From Eutreptiella sp. 'Long Island Sound 2002' (lineage: Eukaryota > Protista > Euglenida), in the NCBI GenBank assembly GCA_964036045.1, contig OZ038378.1:164672001-164736000 (forward strand): a DNA stretch of 64,000 nucleotides, written 5' to 3'. Both the position numbers and the translations under genes were made by a program. Below, piece by piece: positions 25,601 to 36,085 of this stretch. Positions within the stretch are counted from its first letter, which is position 1. Every line of letters begins with the position of its first letter. The notes beneath the pieces are model-generated. The model had not been told where the DNA came from, ran no database searches, and saw nothing but the letters and a program-made list of their open reading frames with translations.

Positions 25601-26255
25601 CTTTTCTTTTGGGGAATCTTAGTGATGAATTTTTCCTAAGTTCAAGTTTTTTTCCAGATTTTCAAAAATGAAGAGCTTTTTTAAAACTACAAACTCCAGG
25701 TCGATTTTTTCGATCATTCGTTTTTTCTTGAAAAATTTCATCTTTTGCAGAAATTGTTGTATGTGCCTTATCTCAGCCTCCATGGATAATTGTCTTCATC
25801 AAGAAAGCTACATCAAGAAACCAAGGTAACGCAAGCCTCGCTCTCATCAGTCAACCGTTTTCACCCAGAACGTGAGTGGGAGGTTCCACCCCCGAGAAAG
25901 GATGCGAACGGAGGTGGCGGGTCCACCCCTTGCCCTTTTGAGGCCCCCGCGCACCTGTCACACCTGCGTTGCCCCCCGCCCCCCTCACTGCAGTGCCCCT
26001 CTCTTCCCCCCCCAGGGCCTGTGCCTGAACCTCTGCAAGATTCCGACGCAGGAGTTCTTCCGGGAGACCTTGGGGATGGATGTGACCTTCAGTCCGAACT
26101 TCGACACGCATGAGTGTCGCCTCAGTTTCGGCATGACCCCCTTGCCTCTGGAAGAGGACCCGGATGTGCCCCGCGGCTGCACCACCGACTGCACGATGGG
26201 CTACGAGCTCGCAGCCGAGGGCCAGCCCCGCACCATTTTCTGCAGCAACAAGTAG
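18087..26255 (+). CDS. D27: Plastid-targeted fusion: inactive oligopeptidase A (M3A)-like scaffold + D27/DUF4033 beta-carotene isomerase-like domain (~734 aa)
   Basis: join(18087..19178,20129..20704,21846..22142,26016..26255). Three phase-0 GT-AG introns; the junctions restore continuous homology (LVSQ|VWGV, SPLE|GYPG, TGCK|GLCLNLCKIPTQEFF). An alternative ATG lies at 18051. Confidence 0.85.
19410..19491 (+). tRNA. tRNA-Ser-GCT: tRNA-Ser (anticodon GCT), intronic
   Basis: 82 nt. Acceptor GTTGGCA/TGTCAAC, D-stem CCC/GGG with a TGG loop, anticodon stem ATGGA/TCCAT with loop CT-GCT-AA (GCT at 19443-45), long variable arm GTGC-TTT-GCAT, T-arm GCAGG-TTCGAAT-CCTGC, discriminator G. Confidence 0.9.
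19587..19637. repeat. (CT)n microsatellite (~25 units)
   Basis: Perfect TC dinucleotide run in intron 1. Confidence 0.95.
20129..20704 (+). CDS. Exon 2: M3-like core lacking HEXXH (DAMGE) + start of D27 domain
   Basis: VWGV…HPDVRPY…YLFLDARARPDKTGSGW matches M3A (HPDVRFF…FYLDLYARENKRGGAW). MTWAEVEGLFDAMGEAL aligns to LTHDEVITLFHEFGHGL. Ends with YDENLLDKFALKLF, the D27 N-terminal motif. Confidence 0.8.
21433..21688 (+). repeat. SINE-like dispersed repeat, copy 2 (intron 2 of the D27 fusion gene)
   Basis: High similarity to 6148-6419; ends in G8. Confidence 0.8.
21846..22142 (+). CDS. D27: Exon 3: D27/DUF4033 domain
   Basis: GYPGFLEEA…FTALFTPPFFKFLVGP…VYVERCRFLEETGCK, matching the D27 family motif (V.KCRYLE.SGC). 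Confidence 0.85.
23482..23738 (+). repeat. SINE-like dispersed repeat, copy 3 (intron 3 of the D27 fusion gene)
   Basis: More diverged copy of 6148-6419 with small deletions; ends in G8. Confidence 0.75.
26016..26255 (+). CDS. D27: Exon 4: C-terminus of D27/DUF4033 domain
   Basis: GLCLNLCKIPTQEFFRETLGMDVTFSPNFDTHECRLSFGMTPLPLEEDP…C…C, matching the D27 motif (C.N.CK.PTQ.FF…PNFED.SC…G..P…EDP). TAG at 26253-26255. Confidence 0.85.
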   Translation, partial: GLCLNLCKIPTQEFFRETLGMDVTFSPNFDTHECRLSFGMTPLPLEEDPDVPRGCTTDCTMGYELAAEGQPRTIFCSNK

Positions 26256-27321
26256 GCCCGCGGCACGGGGCTGTTGCCTGCGACAACACGGAGCGCCGCT
26301 GAATGGCCGTCCCCCCCCCCCCCCCCGAGGGACATATTACGATGGCCGTACACCATAGGAGGAGCCCCCCCAGGACTGGCAAGAGGCGGATGGGTACCAG
26401 CGCCTATGGAGGGAGTGTCCAAGGGAAGGGCAGCGAATGGCGATCGGCCAGTAGGCGCCGCCAGCTGCAGACGAGAACAATACACCATGGCCACATGCCC
26501 CCCCCAGGAGACCGGGCCAGAACGCATCAATTGACCTGAGTGAACTGGAGGCGACCAGCGTGGACAGTAGGCGATGAAAGTTGCGGGGAGCAGGTGCGGC
26601 CAGAGCCCAAACGTGGACACTGCAACCTGACCATTGACCCCCCCCCCCCCCCGGACCCTCCCCCCCCCAGACCAAAGGGACCATTGTGGGACAACAAGAC
26701 ATTTACCGTTGGGAAAATCGTGTCGGGCCTATTTCGGTACACACCCTTTTTGGATCCCAGACCCCCCCCCCGTCCTCTTCCAATACATCCCTGGGCCCCA
26801 GGCTTTTTTGTTTCAAGGGGGAGGCCCCCCCCCCCCCCTCCCGTTGGGAAAGGCTCTGTGTGAAGCATGCGTGCGCCAGCCTGGGAGGCACGCTAAGGGG
26901 CGGGGGCAGCCATTGGGTGCGACAACTGCCCCCCTCTAACCGGGTACAAGACGTTTCCTCCGGCTGTTGGGGTTAGCCGCGCGGAGGACTCCCTCCTCAA
27001 AAAGGGGCACACGTGCGCGGCACCCGGAAGTACCCACCGGCACACTCACTCGGCCTTGATGGCACACGCCCTCCCCCCCCACTTGCCTCCAGGGACGACT
27101 GCCACCGCATCCCCCCCTTCCGGCTGCCCCGCTGTGCCCCCGTTTTGAACCGGTTTGCCTCCCGACCGCTTCCCGGTCGGCCATTGGGTCTTGAGATCCC
27201 CCACCGGCCTCCCTCCCATTCAACCACCGGCCTGCACAGCCCCACAGCCAACCCCCCACCCCCCCTCGCACAGCAGCACCACAGCCCCCCCCCAACCCCC
27301 CAATCGTCTCACATCCTTAAC

Positions 27322-28490
27322 CTCCGGCGCACGCCCTTCTCAGTGTTTCTTGAGAAGGCGCAGCCCTTCGATGCCTTTTGAGGGGCTTGCGGGCGCCACT
27401 GGCAGCCCCTCTTCCCTTTTCCCTCACCGCCTTACAGCCCGACCACCCCCAATGCGGGACCCGAGGCAGTGCAAACCCATAAGACATGCGGTGGGTGATG
27501 GGTCTGCACGCCAGACAAGGTCCCGGGCACTTGTTTTGCAAGTGTTTGCCCACCTGAAGCCCCGCAGATCCGGGAGGGTTGGGCATCGTGGGGGTCTGCA
27601 CCAGCTCACCACGGAATCCCCTCTTTTTGAACCCGGGCGTCCAAGTGAAGAACTTGGAATTACACCCCCTCCGCCGCACCACCCCACCACAACACAGCCC
27701 AATTGGCCCCACAAACCCCAGCCTCTCGGCCCTGCGACCCCTCCGCCCCCTGCGCCCCACCGCCCCACAGCCGCCCATTCCACCGGCCGTCTCCGTTGTT
27801 GACGCTCCTCTTGTCCTCCGCAAATCACAGGAACCCCCTCCCCCCTCTTCCTCTTGGACGGTGGTGTTAATGGGGAGAGCGCTTGACGCGGCGCACACGC
27901 GGCGCCACTACTCGGGCAACCCGGCGGGAAGTGGGTGGTAAATGGGAAATGGGGGCACAGAGTAGTGGGGAATATCCGAAATACTCCGGCGGGTCCCGGG
28001 ACCACCGCGGTCAAAGGCGCGCGCGGCGCCCACACGGCGCGTGCGCGCGACCCCCCCTTCCCCCCCCCCCCCACAAGGGTATCAGAGGCTGGCGCGCCGA
28101 CCCGATAGGGGCTCCGGAGAGCGTCCCTCGTCCTGCCACACCTCATTCACGCCCCTTCTGACCCGACGTCTTCCGCAGACCGCCCTTGCCTTTGGCTGTG
28201 CGAAGACCCCGTTCTCCCTGTGCCCAGTGCCACCGGGTGCGGGCCTGTTCCTGGAATCCGCGGGCCTTGTTCACCGTCCAACCCCCCTCCCCCTTCAAAG
28301 CGTGGCAGACGGGGGCCTGGTCTGTGCCCCACGGCACCTCGCACGGACCCCTGAATGCCCCGTTGCCGCCCGCAGTCCTGTATCTCCCTCCAGCGCACGC
28401 CCTTCTCAGTGTTTCTTGAGAAGGCGCAGTCCTTCGATGCCTTTGAGGGGCTTCTGGGCGCCACCGGCAGCCCAGCCCCTCTTCCCTTTT
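27322..28490 (+). repeat. Pair of ~100-bp direct repeats 1066 bp apart (27322-27420, 28388-28490)
   Basis: ctcc(g/a)gcgcacgcccttctcagtgtttcttgagaaggcgcag…cttccctttt occurs twice with few mismatches. Confidence 0.8.
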
Positions 28491-29158
28491 TCCTAACTGC
28501 CCCCCGGACAGCGGTTGTAACAGACAGTAACCGCCCCCGCCCGTCTCGGCAATGACCTCCAACCGCCGCCCTTACCGGCCCCGCCACCTCATGTGGCCCC
28601 CTCCGCTTCCAATTGATTTACGCATGGTCTTACAACTCGATACCGCTCGCTCATGAGGCATTTGCGATGGAACTGCCGGAAACCTCCCAACTCTCCAAAG
28701 AAACGAACTTTTCGGCGCGGGACGGTGCAATGGCACGTTGTCTTCTCTGTCTCCTGGGGCCCGATGGCGTCAGACATGAAAGCCAACATGCGCACTTCGG
28801 TCCAACGCTTGCTCATCTTTGCGGTTTGCAACGGCCGCGACCCCTAACCGCCGTCAACGGCATTCGGTCAACCGATAACCGCCGTTGACGAATCGCTAAC
28901 CGCCAGCGGTCCGCTACCAACGGCCGATCACAGATGTCCAACTACACGTCTCCGGATCTAACCTGCTTCAATTCTCGTGGTAACCAGGGCCCCAGGCGGA
29001 GGTGGGGTGGGGGTTTCCCCCCCAACGACCCCCGCGTCGCATGTACGGGATCGGCCACAGGCTGCATCCCGACCTGTGTATGGGATATGTGTGTGTGTCG
29101 ACGATAGGTCTCGGTGGCAAGGGGTGCTGCTTCTGTGGGGCTGAATGCTCACCGGGGC

Positions 29159-29159
29159 T

Positions 29160-29190
<31 letters not shown>

Positions 29191-29231
29191 ACGCACACAT
29201 ACACACGCAAACACACGCGCACACACACGCA
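29159..29231. repeat. Interrupted (CA)n microsatellite
   Basis: CA dinucleotide run with interruptions. Confidence 0.85.
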
Positions 29232-30099
29232 CAGCCACTGTGGCCTGATGGGCTGCTACCAATCAGAGGCTAGGCTTCCCAAGCCAAGGATGCCAGTGTG
29301 TTGCCAGTTGTCCGTGCATACATAGTGAAATCTGGTTAAATCTGGTCTCTAGAGTAGCAACACATGGATTCATCAACTTCCGAACGCCTCTAAAGTTGCA
29401 AGAATTGGGCTGTTGTATTGTGCTCCTGCTCCTGTTCTTCTGTGCTCCTGCTCCTGCTCCTGTTTCATCACAGCGCACACAGACACGGACACAAACAAAG
29501 ACACAAACACACAGATGCACATACACAGGAGGCCTGCGACTCAGAGCTGGACCGGGCCTTGCTGAGAGGGGTGTTGGTCGGAGCTAGAGCCCCAGAGGGA
29601 GCACCAGCGTATTTTGCCCGCCGTTGCTTCAATGGCGGGCCATGCTGGAATAGAGATGTGGATCCAAAACGGGCATAAGCAAGTCTCCTTTATGGCCTCA
29701 CAGGCCATATTGGGTCTGGCAGTAGGGCTATTAGAAGACCCAGGACCCCGGATCTAGTCCCTCATTCTTGGTGAGAACCTCCTTTGCGAAAGGATGATGT
29801 GACCTCCGTCCTTGTGTGCCCTTGATGTGCCACTCCGGCCTCTTGAGCTGACGTTTGCCTCTGCTTGAGGGGGTGTTTCCACACGGCGCCTCCGGCGGCC
29901 TATGGTTTGCCAGATGTGTAACCCCCTCCTCCCAGTGATCCTACTTAGACAAGGCCGTGCTAATGTGTGGCCATGACACGGGGCATAAAAGGATGCACCC
30001 GGCTTTGTGAGGCCCGCAGATGCCCATGCATGAGGTGTGATTGCTAATTAATAGCCACCAAACAATTTTAACACCCAAGTCAATTTTTTTTCGAAAAAA

Positions 30100-31560
30100 T
30101 GATTAACAAGCAAACCAAACCAATAAGTAATATGTGGTGGAATGCATGCTGCACCAAAAATACATTGATAAATTTGGCCTATTTCTATGTTCAAATCTTC
30201 TGTGTTTTAGTATTTCGATTTCTCCTCCAAAATGTTTCGTTCTTTCCAGCACAACAATGCCTTGGCAACCCCCATACATGCAAAATGAATGGTTCCCAAA
30301 ATATATTGTGATTTTGGGTGCTGCTGCAGCCGGTTGTTGGTGTTTGTGAAGGCGGTGCTGACATCCACGTACCCTAAGACATTGCGGTTGCCTCCCACCC
30401 TTGCGCAACGACCAACAATGTGTTGCCGTCTGACCGGGTAGGGGGTGGGTGTCAGAGTGGTTTGAAACGGAAAGAAGTGCGCTTTGCACTCCCCGGCATT
30501 TCTTCTGGCATGTTGCTCCGGAGATGGGGCACAAGAAACCCTGTGTAACAAAACCTGCGGTGATAGAGCAAGATACACAAGCACAATTACGCTCAACAAC
30601 CTGAAATGTGCATGCAGCTATGGAAAAGGCCGACACTGCACCTGAAATACAGCTTGCTGTAAAAAACATGGGCCAGGCCCCACACTCTGGCTTCCTTTGC
30701 CCACACAATTTCGGCACATTGATTGTCATCTTTCCTCTGAACTGGACTCAGCACTAGAATGGAGCAGACTTGCTGGGTCTGAACCTGAGTCCCTTATCTG
30801 AGCTTCGTTCCACAGCTACCAGAATTGGTTAAACATTCATCAACTCACAACTCCACAAAAAAAAAGTTGGTCGTTGCACCAGAGAGGGGGGGTAAAGCCC
30901 AATTAAGGTGAGCTATGCGAAGGTGGAACCTTCGGCAGACCAACCTTGTTCAACACAGCCACCTACCAAAAGCTACTTGATTGCAACCCAAGGAAGGGTG
31001 GGGGGATTATTTCGGGCAGTGCTTAGCACCATATTCAGAACTACGTGATGCAATCCTTGCACGCGGCATTGCTGATGTGGTGCACCTCAAGGATGCTTAG
31101 GCCTGGATCAACAGGGAGCATGCCTCAAGCAATTGTATGATGGTGTTGTCTTGTTCTGCCATGCTGAATTGCGCTGCTAGGTGGGCTTTGGTGGTCCTCC
31201 ATGCGACATGGTGGGGGTTTGTTGTGACGCACCCCAAACCAAGCATTGGAGGCCCTCTGCCTCCTCTCTATTCACATATGCAGGACTGATGGTGCCTGGC
31301 AGACCACTCACACAACGCCCAATGCTACCAACAACATAAGAGATGGAACAAAATTTATTTTGTGTGAAACTAACAATACATCTTGTTCATATGAGAAGGC
31401 ATTCTTCATGTGAAGAGTAGTGTCCGTACGAAGAAACAACTGACTACTCTTTTGCTCCAACGGAGAGATAATGCCTTTCTGGTTCCGGAGGATTTCCAGA
31501 AAAAACATTCGTACACTGCAAATCCAATGCAAGAAGCATCCTTATGCCCAGCCCTGGTGA
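30100..31560 (-). mobile_element. Decayed LINE RT relic
   Basis: Minus-strand fragments QKGIISPLEQKSS…HMKNAFSYE (RT domain 0/1-like), FRKDDN (xxDD position), FLCPISG…K and VLGYVDVS (YLG-like) appear in RT order. Many stops. Confidence 0.3.
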
Positions 31561-32890
31561 GACAGAGGACAAAAACGTCAACAAATGAACAAAAATTGAG
31601 TCAGAAGACAGAAAGAAGCACAGCTGCTACGCACCCAAAATGGCCAGCCTCACATCGGTTGCATGTGCATCTGTGGGGCGAGGAGTACAGCACTGCTGCT
31701 CCAGGGGGCATATGGCGCACCCAGAGGCAATCCTGAAGCATGCGACTACGATGCGCTAGCTGGCCAGCCACATCATGCCAGGCTAGACGCCGGCGGCCAA
31801 GAAGGAGCAGTGGACTATGCCATCGAGATGCATACTCAGAAGTTCAGTATATGGCAAGTGGTAGCAGTAGAACTGGTGTGGCCACTCTCCACTCAGGCCC
31901 GCTCAGATGAAAACGTGGTTAACTGTTGGCGCGTTACAAGAGACACATATCAGAAAAAAGTACTCCCACACACTCGAAGGCCCAGAACAGAACAAGCAGA
32001 GGTGGATTCAGCGCAGGGCATCTGTTTCCCGGGACAGCACCGGTTGGGTCTGGTCGTTAGGAGTCCTAGAACACAGTGAACTGCAGCCCCTGAGGTTCAT
32101 GCCCTGCTGTGGCAACAGCGGTGCCACGTCCTGCAGTGCTCACGTCTGATGCCCACACTGGGTGTTCCTCCAAAAGTGGAATACCATAATGTTCAACAAG
32201 GCTGACCAAAAAGTGATGCTACTCCCAAAACAATATCAGAATACACTAGAATACACTGCAGGGTTTACAACTAATCTTTCACCACACAATTGTACACATT
32301 TTGACAAACCCGCCACCATTGTCTTTAATGAAGGCTGTTTTATTAAAATTCGTCACACAAACAGCCTACAACACCTAAACCAAACAAAATGATGCAACTA
32401 TGATGCCAATTTGCATCAATTGGTGTCAAGCGTTTAGAGCAATCGTACGACAAACCTATATGTTCATGGCCGAAACGGACAATGGGCCGTGCTCTACTCA
32501 GTGTACTCAACAACATTGCATGGTGGGCTTGCGCCGCAAAAGGACTCAGCAACACTTGTTTTTCAAACAAAGGCCAATTGAACAATGATAAAACCCTATA
32601 GTTCAAGAGACGGTGGGTGTCACGGCTAAAATGTTGCACAATATATTGGGTTATACGCTTCAATACACCAATTATGGCTCAACGTGTCGCACTCGACGAG
32701 CATGTGAATCATGCCCCATACAAAACACTGCACGCCCCTTTTCAGTAGAAATATTGTGCATACAAGCAAAATCCACTCTTGCAGTAACTATAGATACAAT
32801 GCCAAATATGGTAAGCTACGCAATACCACGTTGCAAGCCAAAACATCTTTTTTCAACATTTCTATCCGATTTCCGTCTGGTTCATAAGAC

Positions 32891-35800
32891 ATGATGTTGC
32901 GGCTGAAAATGCCATTTCTTCTCGTGATATTCATTTGGGCACACTTGCCTCAAGTTCAAGGTGCATGTGTGAGCGACTTTACTGGTTACGTTCATTGTAA
33001 GGATGCACTAAATTGGATGCTGAACGACAACTGGAAGAGATCTGTCTATGACAACCACAACCTCGAGGGGACTCGATGTTCCATACAAAATTACCTTGCT
33101 GAAGTGGAATCAAAATGCCCCCCTTGTGCATGCCCCGAAGAGACTTGTGTCGGAAGTCCCCTGATGATCTCGGGGGTGGCATCCCACGTCTTCGACGGCC
33201 CCAGCGGACCGGAGGCCTTCAACGTCGTGGAGGTGTACGCCCGCTCCGACATTCCGGACCTCCAGGGGTTCGTCCTCCGCTTCACGCGTTCCGGAGAGCA
33301 CAGCGACGAGGCAACAAAGGGCAAGGAGGTCCCTCTCGACGGGTGCCTGGCCGCGGGCCAGTACCTGCGCGTGGCCATCTGGGGCACTCTGGGGACCACG
33401 GCCACCAGCCTGGGCTTCGGGCGCTTCTTCCTGGAGGCCGCGGCCGATTACGAGCAGCCGTTCGCGGAGGTGGACCACGGGAAGGAGTACGTGGAGCTGC
33501 GGTACCAGGGGGACGTGGCGGACGCGTACGGACAGCGGGAGGGCGAGGGCTGGTGGTACGGCAGTGGCTGGGCGTACCGCGCACCGGGCACGGGGCCCTC
33601 TCCCACGTACTCACCGGCGGGTTGGGCCCAAGACTCCCTCGTGGGGTTGACGCAGAATCAGGGCAAGAAAGCGTTTCCGACGAGAACATTCCAGACGGCG
33701 AACTGCGGGTTCCTGAAACTGACGCTGGATTTCCGGGATGCGCCGGTGGAACAGTGCCCGGAGGGCTGGTGGTGCGACACCGCCGCCGTCCGCTCGGGGG
33801 GGTTGGAGCTCGCCGACGACCCCGGCCACGGCAGCGCCCGCAGCGCTGCATTCCGCCTGCCGGCGGGCATCGACCACGTCACGGTGGAGCAGGCGGGGGG
33901 AGCGGACGCCCCCAGTGGCCTCAGCGTCAGGCGCGCCAGCGACGACTTCGAGCTGTGCCGGGCGGACGACGGTCAGACGGAGTGGAACAGCGATCAATTC
34001 CGGCAGATTCACTGCAAGGGCCTGGAGGGCGCCGCGGGTACTCGGGTGTATCTGGTCGCGAAGGATGTCTCTGGGGATAGCCAGTGGGGCCGCGTCTGGA
34101 TTCGCGAGATTCAGTTGCGCGACGAACAGGAACAGCCCCTGGCCCTTCCGGGCGGCAACGGGGCCGGCCCGCTCCCCGGGGGTGCGTGCGACCGCGCCGG
34201 GCAACACTATCAGCCGCCGACCTGCGCGGAAATGGTCGACCAGGGCAAGTCCATCGTCTGCAGTACACAGGGCGACCCCCACGTCACGATGTTCTCCGGG
34301 TTCCAAAGCCACCCGCAGGGCGCGGGGGAGTACGTGCTCGCCACCTGCGCGTCCCAGGACTTCACCGTCCACGCCTGCCACCGGCCGCTGTGGTGGCTGG
34401 ACGGCATCTCCGTGAACCACGGCTTTGCCATCAAGTGGGGCTCCACCGTCGTCAAGGTCCGTCCCGAGGGCGTCGACGTGCAGCCGCCCGGCGCCGCCGT
34501 CGTCGTCGAGGGCCACAAGATCCGGTTTCCCATGGCGGACGGCACGGAGGCCGTCGTCATCGCGAGGCCGGACCGGCTGACCGTGAAGCTGCCGGCCGCG
34601 TGCTGCGGCAACGTGAACGGGCTCTGCGGGCAGTACAGCCCCGCGGAGTCCTTCGCCGACGCCTACACCGACGCCGCCGGGCAGCGGGGCTCGTACCCCT
34701 CGTCCCGCTGGGGAGGGCCCTACGGGGGCGAGTTCCAGCGCCAGTTCGTCGACTCCTTCAAAGTGGCCGCCACGGCCAAGGGCGCGCTGTTCACGGCGGC
34801 GGAGTGCCCGGGCGATGATGGCCCCGTCGACGTCGACCCGGAGCCCAGCGAGCCGTTCGAGGCCTGCGAGCCGGGGCTGCTGGCGGAGGCCCTGACCCAG
34901 TGCCCCCGGGGCCGGTTCTTCGACAACTGCCTGAACGATGTCGGGGCCACATGCGACCTCAGCCGATGGGTCAAGGAGGCCAACGACGCCGCAGACGACC
35001 TCGCGGCGTTGGAGGACGAGACGGTGGAAGTGCCCGCCAAACCCGAGCCTCGGTCCAGCCCGTCGAGCGAAGTGCAGCACGGGAGCTGCGACAGCCTCGT
35101 CCAGAGCGGCAAGTCGATCGCGTGCAGTACCCAGGGGGATCCGCACGTGACGATGTTTGCCGGCTACAGCTCGCATCCGATGGGCTCCGGGGAGCACGTG
35201 CTGGCCAGGTGCACGGGCGACACACACACTTTCGCGGTGCACAGCTGTCATCAGCCGGTGCGCTTTTCCCGGGGCATCTCCGTAAACCGCGGCTTTGCCA
35301 TCCAAGCGGGCGCGGCGGTTATCAAAATTCTGGACGACGGGATCCACGTCGACCCTCCGAACGCCGAAGAGATCGATTTCATCGACGGGCACAAGATCGT
35401 TTTCAAGACCGGCGAGGTGCTGATTGGCACGGCGGACCGCTTAACTGTGAAGCTGCCGGCCACGTGCTGCGGGAACGTGGAGGGGCTCTGCGGCCGGTAC
35501 ACCCCGGCGGAGCACTTCAAGGACGCCTACACCACCGCGGCAGGAGTCGCTGGCTGGTACACCAACACCCGCTGGGGGGGACCGTACGGCGGGCAGTTCC
35601 AAATGGAGTTTGTGGAGTCCTTCAAGACGGCCGAAGGCACGTCGCTGTTCACGGCCGACGAGTGCCCGACTGGGGGCCCCAACAAAGTGCCATTGGAGCC
35701 GCCAGGCCTGTTCGAAATGTGCCCGGAGGACGTGCTGGTGCAAGCCAAAGCCCGATGCCCGAAGGGGCGATTCTATGAAAACTGCTTGACCGACGTGGGG

Positions 35801-36085
35801 GTCACGTGTGACGTCGATAAATGGGTGGGTGCCGCCGAAAAGGCAAACGATGATTGGTTGGAGGTGAAGGACAACGTGAAGGTCCCCAGAAAGCCAGAAA
35901 AGAGATATACTCCGGAGCCTCAGTGCATGGCGGACCTTGCTCAGCAGCCAACCTTTGACTGCCCGAATATCGGGTTCCTCTTGCGGACTTCTGCATGTTT
36001 CATCGAATGTGGCCAGCCGGTGTGCCCGGGACTGGACGACGACGCGATCAGAGCTGCGTGCACCGTGGCTCAAGAGACTGAATAA
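32891..36085 (+). CDS. Secreted, intronless 1064-aa protein: Cys-rich module + lamin-tail-like module + jelly-roll module + 2x VWD/Cys-rich units
   Basis: Signal peptide MMLRLKMPFLLVIFIWAHLPQVQG. Two CSTQGDPHVTMF VWD starts (C…GDPH..TF) lie 864 nt apart, each followed by CCGNV.GLCG and a C8-like CPxGRF(F/Y)xNCLxDVGxTCD. Strong GC3 bias; no stops over 3.2 kb. Confidence 0.9.
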   Translation: MMLRLKMPFLLVIFIWAHLPQVQGACVSDFTGYVHCKDALNWMLNDNWKRSVYDNHNLEGTRCSIQNYLAEVESKCPPCACPEETCVGSPLMISGVASHVFDGPSGPEAFNVVEVYARSDIPDLQGFVLRFTRSGEHSDEATKGKEVPLDGCLAAGQYLRVAIWGTLGTTATSLGFGRFFLEAAADYEQPFAEVDHGKEYVELRYQGDVADAYGQREGEGWWYGSGWAYRAPGTGPSPTYSPAGWAQDSLVGLTQNQGKKAFPTRTFQTANCGFLKLTLDFRDAPVEQCPEGWWCDTAAVRSGGLELADDPGHGSARSAAFRLPAGIDHVTVEQAGGADAPSGLSVRRASDDFELCRADDGQTEWNSDQFRQIHCKGLEGAAGTRVYLVAKDVSGDSQWGRVWIREIQLRDEQEQPLALPGGNGAGPLPGGACDRAGQHYQPPTCAEMVDQGKSIVCSTQGDPHVTMFSGFQSHPQGAGEYVLATCASQDFTVHACHRPLWWLDGISVNHGFAIKWGSTVVKVRPEGVDVQPPGAAVVVEGHKIRFPMADGTEAVVIARPDRLTVKLPAACCGNVNGLCGQYSPAESFADAYTDAAGQRGSYPSSRWGGPYGGEFQRQFVDSFKVAATAKGALFTAAECPGDDGPVDVDPEPSEPFEACEPGLLAEALTQCPRGRFFDNCLNDVGATCDLSRWVKEANDAADDLAALEDETVEVPAKPEPRSSPSSEVQHGSCDSLVQSGKSIACSTQGDPHVTMFAGYSSHPMGSGEHVLARCTGDTHTFAVHSCHQPVRFSRGISVNRGFAIQAGAAVIKILDDGIHVDPPNAEEIDFIDGHKIVFKTGEVLIGTADRLTVKLPATCCGNVEGLCGRYTPAEHFKDAYTTAAGVAGWYTNTRWGGPYGGQFQMEFVESFKTAEGTSLFTADECPTGGPNKVPLEPPGLFEMCPEDVLVQAKARCPKGRFYENCLTDVGVTCDVDKWVGAAEKANDDWLEVKDNVKVPRKPEKRYTPEPQCMADLAQQPTFDCPNIGFLLRTSACFIECGQPVCPGLDDDAIRAACTVAQETE

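Noticed and set aside
33611-35392. 593-aa minus-strand ORF
   Set aside because: Antisense shadow of the GC3-biased VWD gene; no domain signal.
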